In this document: positions 63,221 to 64,000 of the stretch, piece by piece
Numbering within the stretch: the first letter of the stretch is position 1
Layout of the letters: each line of letters begins with the position of its first letter
Source of the DNA: an uncultured Verrucomicrobia subdivision 3 bacterium
GTDB lineage: Bacteria > Verrucomicrobiota > Verrucomicrobiia > Limisphaerales > UBA11358
DNA: 64,000 bases
Assembly: GCA_903944085.1 (NCBI GenBank)
Contig: CAJAQO010000286.1
Span: 11,009-75,008, forward strand
Direction: 5' to 3'
Program-made: the position numbers and the translations under genes
Notes under the pieces: generated by a model
The model's input: only the letters and a program-made list of their open reading frames with translations
The model's database searches: none
What the model was told of the DNA's origin: nothing

Positions 63221-64000
63221 GATAAATCTGTTCCACAACGCTCAAAGCTGCTTTCGCCTCCTTCAATCCCGGCACCGGACAACGTTTCAAACGGATGTCT
63301 TCAAAAAATTCCGCCATCTCAATTTTCCACGACTCGTCGCCGCGCGGGAACTCGTAAATGGTCGTTTCCGGCGGGCCCATTTGCGGCAGCATTTTGTAAT
63401 AGGTCAGCCGTTCGATGCCGTAGCTGCCGCCCAGTCCTTCCCAGTGCAATTTGGCGTCGCGCCCATAAATTTCGAGGCTGAAAAGATTTTTCCACTCGCT
63501 GCAACTGACGTGTAGCCAGGCCGTGTTGCCGTTGGCATTGCGCAGGCTTAAAAACGCGTTGTCATCCACGGGCATTTTCCAGAAATACGTTGCCGCATGG
63601 CCTTCGACCGTGGTGAACTCGCCGAGAAAAATTCCCGCGAGATCAATCAGGTGAACACCTTGATCAATTAACTCGCCGCCGCCGGAAAGCTGCGGGTCCG
63701 CGCGCCATTCCTTTTCGTAGCCGATGCGCCCGCCCTGGCCGTAGCGCCCGCGCACAAACATCATCGGGCCGAGCGCGCCGCTGCGGAAAATTTCCAGCGC
63801 CTTCAAGCCGGCCGGATGATAGCGGTGATTATAACCGACGCGGACGAGCGCGCCGGTTTTTTGCGCAGCAGTTTCCAGCGCTTCAAGTTCATTCACCGAA
63901 ATCCCCGCCGGCTTTTCCACCAGCACATGTTTGCCGTTTTTTACCGCCGCCAGCGCGATGGGCGCGAGCAGGGAATTCAGCGTGGCGATGAAAATTACTT
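63186..64000 (-). CDS. Gfo/Idh/MocA family oxidoreductase, 5' end beyond the window
   Basis: HVLVEKP (continues upstream of the track start, own translation: VIFIATLNSLLAPIALAAVKNGKHVLVEKP) plus the C-terminal alpha/beta domain. The last 10 residues, SGKRKAESGN, are encoded by the heptamer array. Confidence 0.8.
   Translation of the reverse strand, partial: VIFIATLNSLLAPIALAAVKNGKHVLVEKPAGISVNELEALETAAQKTGALVRVGYNHRYHPAGLKALEIFRSGALGPMMFVRGRYGQGGRIGYEKEWRADPQLSGGGELIDQGVHLIDLAGIFLGEFTTVEGHAATYFWKMPVDDNAFLSLRNANGNTAWLHVSCSEWKNLFSLEIYGRDAKLHWEGLGGSYGIERLTYYKMLPQMGPPETTIYEFPRGDESWKIEMAEFFEDIRLKRCPVPGLKEAKAALSVVEQIYQSGKRKAESGN

Overview
This is a high-GC, gene-dense chromosomal window with about 57 supportable protein genes. 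I found no rRNA, tRNA, CRISPR array, transposase or phage genes. A PEP-CTERM tail, a BlaI/BlaR1 pair with a giant periplasmic extension and many small palindromic repeats suggest a Verrucomicrobiota/PVC-type bacterium; that placement is inference only. The gene content is mostly housekeeping or carbohydrate metabolism:
- nucleoside salvage (secreted nucleoside hydrolase, hpt, nupC)
- deaD, hisI, hisS, acnA, two peroxiredoxins, pgsA, acpS, an ABC-F ATPase and miaB
- an arabinofuranosidase / sugar isomerase / mutarotase group
- a phosphohexomutase, a GH15 enzyme and a roughly 1470-aa GH13 + amylo-1,6-glucosidase fusion
- a MacB-type ABC efflux operon and c-type cytochromes
- a heptose-nucleotide / heptosyltransferase cluster

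The most unusual signal is a family of short tandem heptanucleotide arrays of 3-6 units, with at least 7 different unit sequences at about 15 loci.
- Two 0.42-0.45 kb cassettes each carry only a four-helix-bundle (23S rRNA intervening-sequence protein family) gene. Each cassette is bounded by inverted heptamer arrays and sits exactly at a gene junction inside an operon.
- Cargo-less inverted array pairs and solo arrays lie in intergenic spacers, several abutting start codons.
- At least seven arrays are translated in frame inside two enzymes, five of them in one gene. One of those five is wrapped in 25-nt terminal inverted repeats.

Together these look like an undescribed miniature non-autonomous insertion system. 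It is reminiscent of cyanobacterial STRR repeats and Rickettsia RPE-type in-frame palindromic elements, but the arrangement here differs from both.

Secondary points of interest:
- a 1.3-kb ORF-free gap between convergent hisS and acnA, packed with GNRA-capped hairpins on the + strand (candidate large structured RNA)
- a 1342-aa BlaR1(M56)-secretin fusion with an internal tandem duplication, next to blaI and two TACA-N2-TGTA operators
- a decayed 21-nt repeat island with an orphan PEP-CTERM-like remnant

All calls come from reading the ORF track and the raw sequence. No database search was run.
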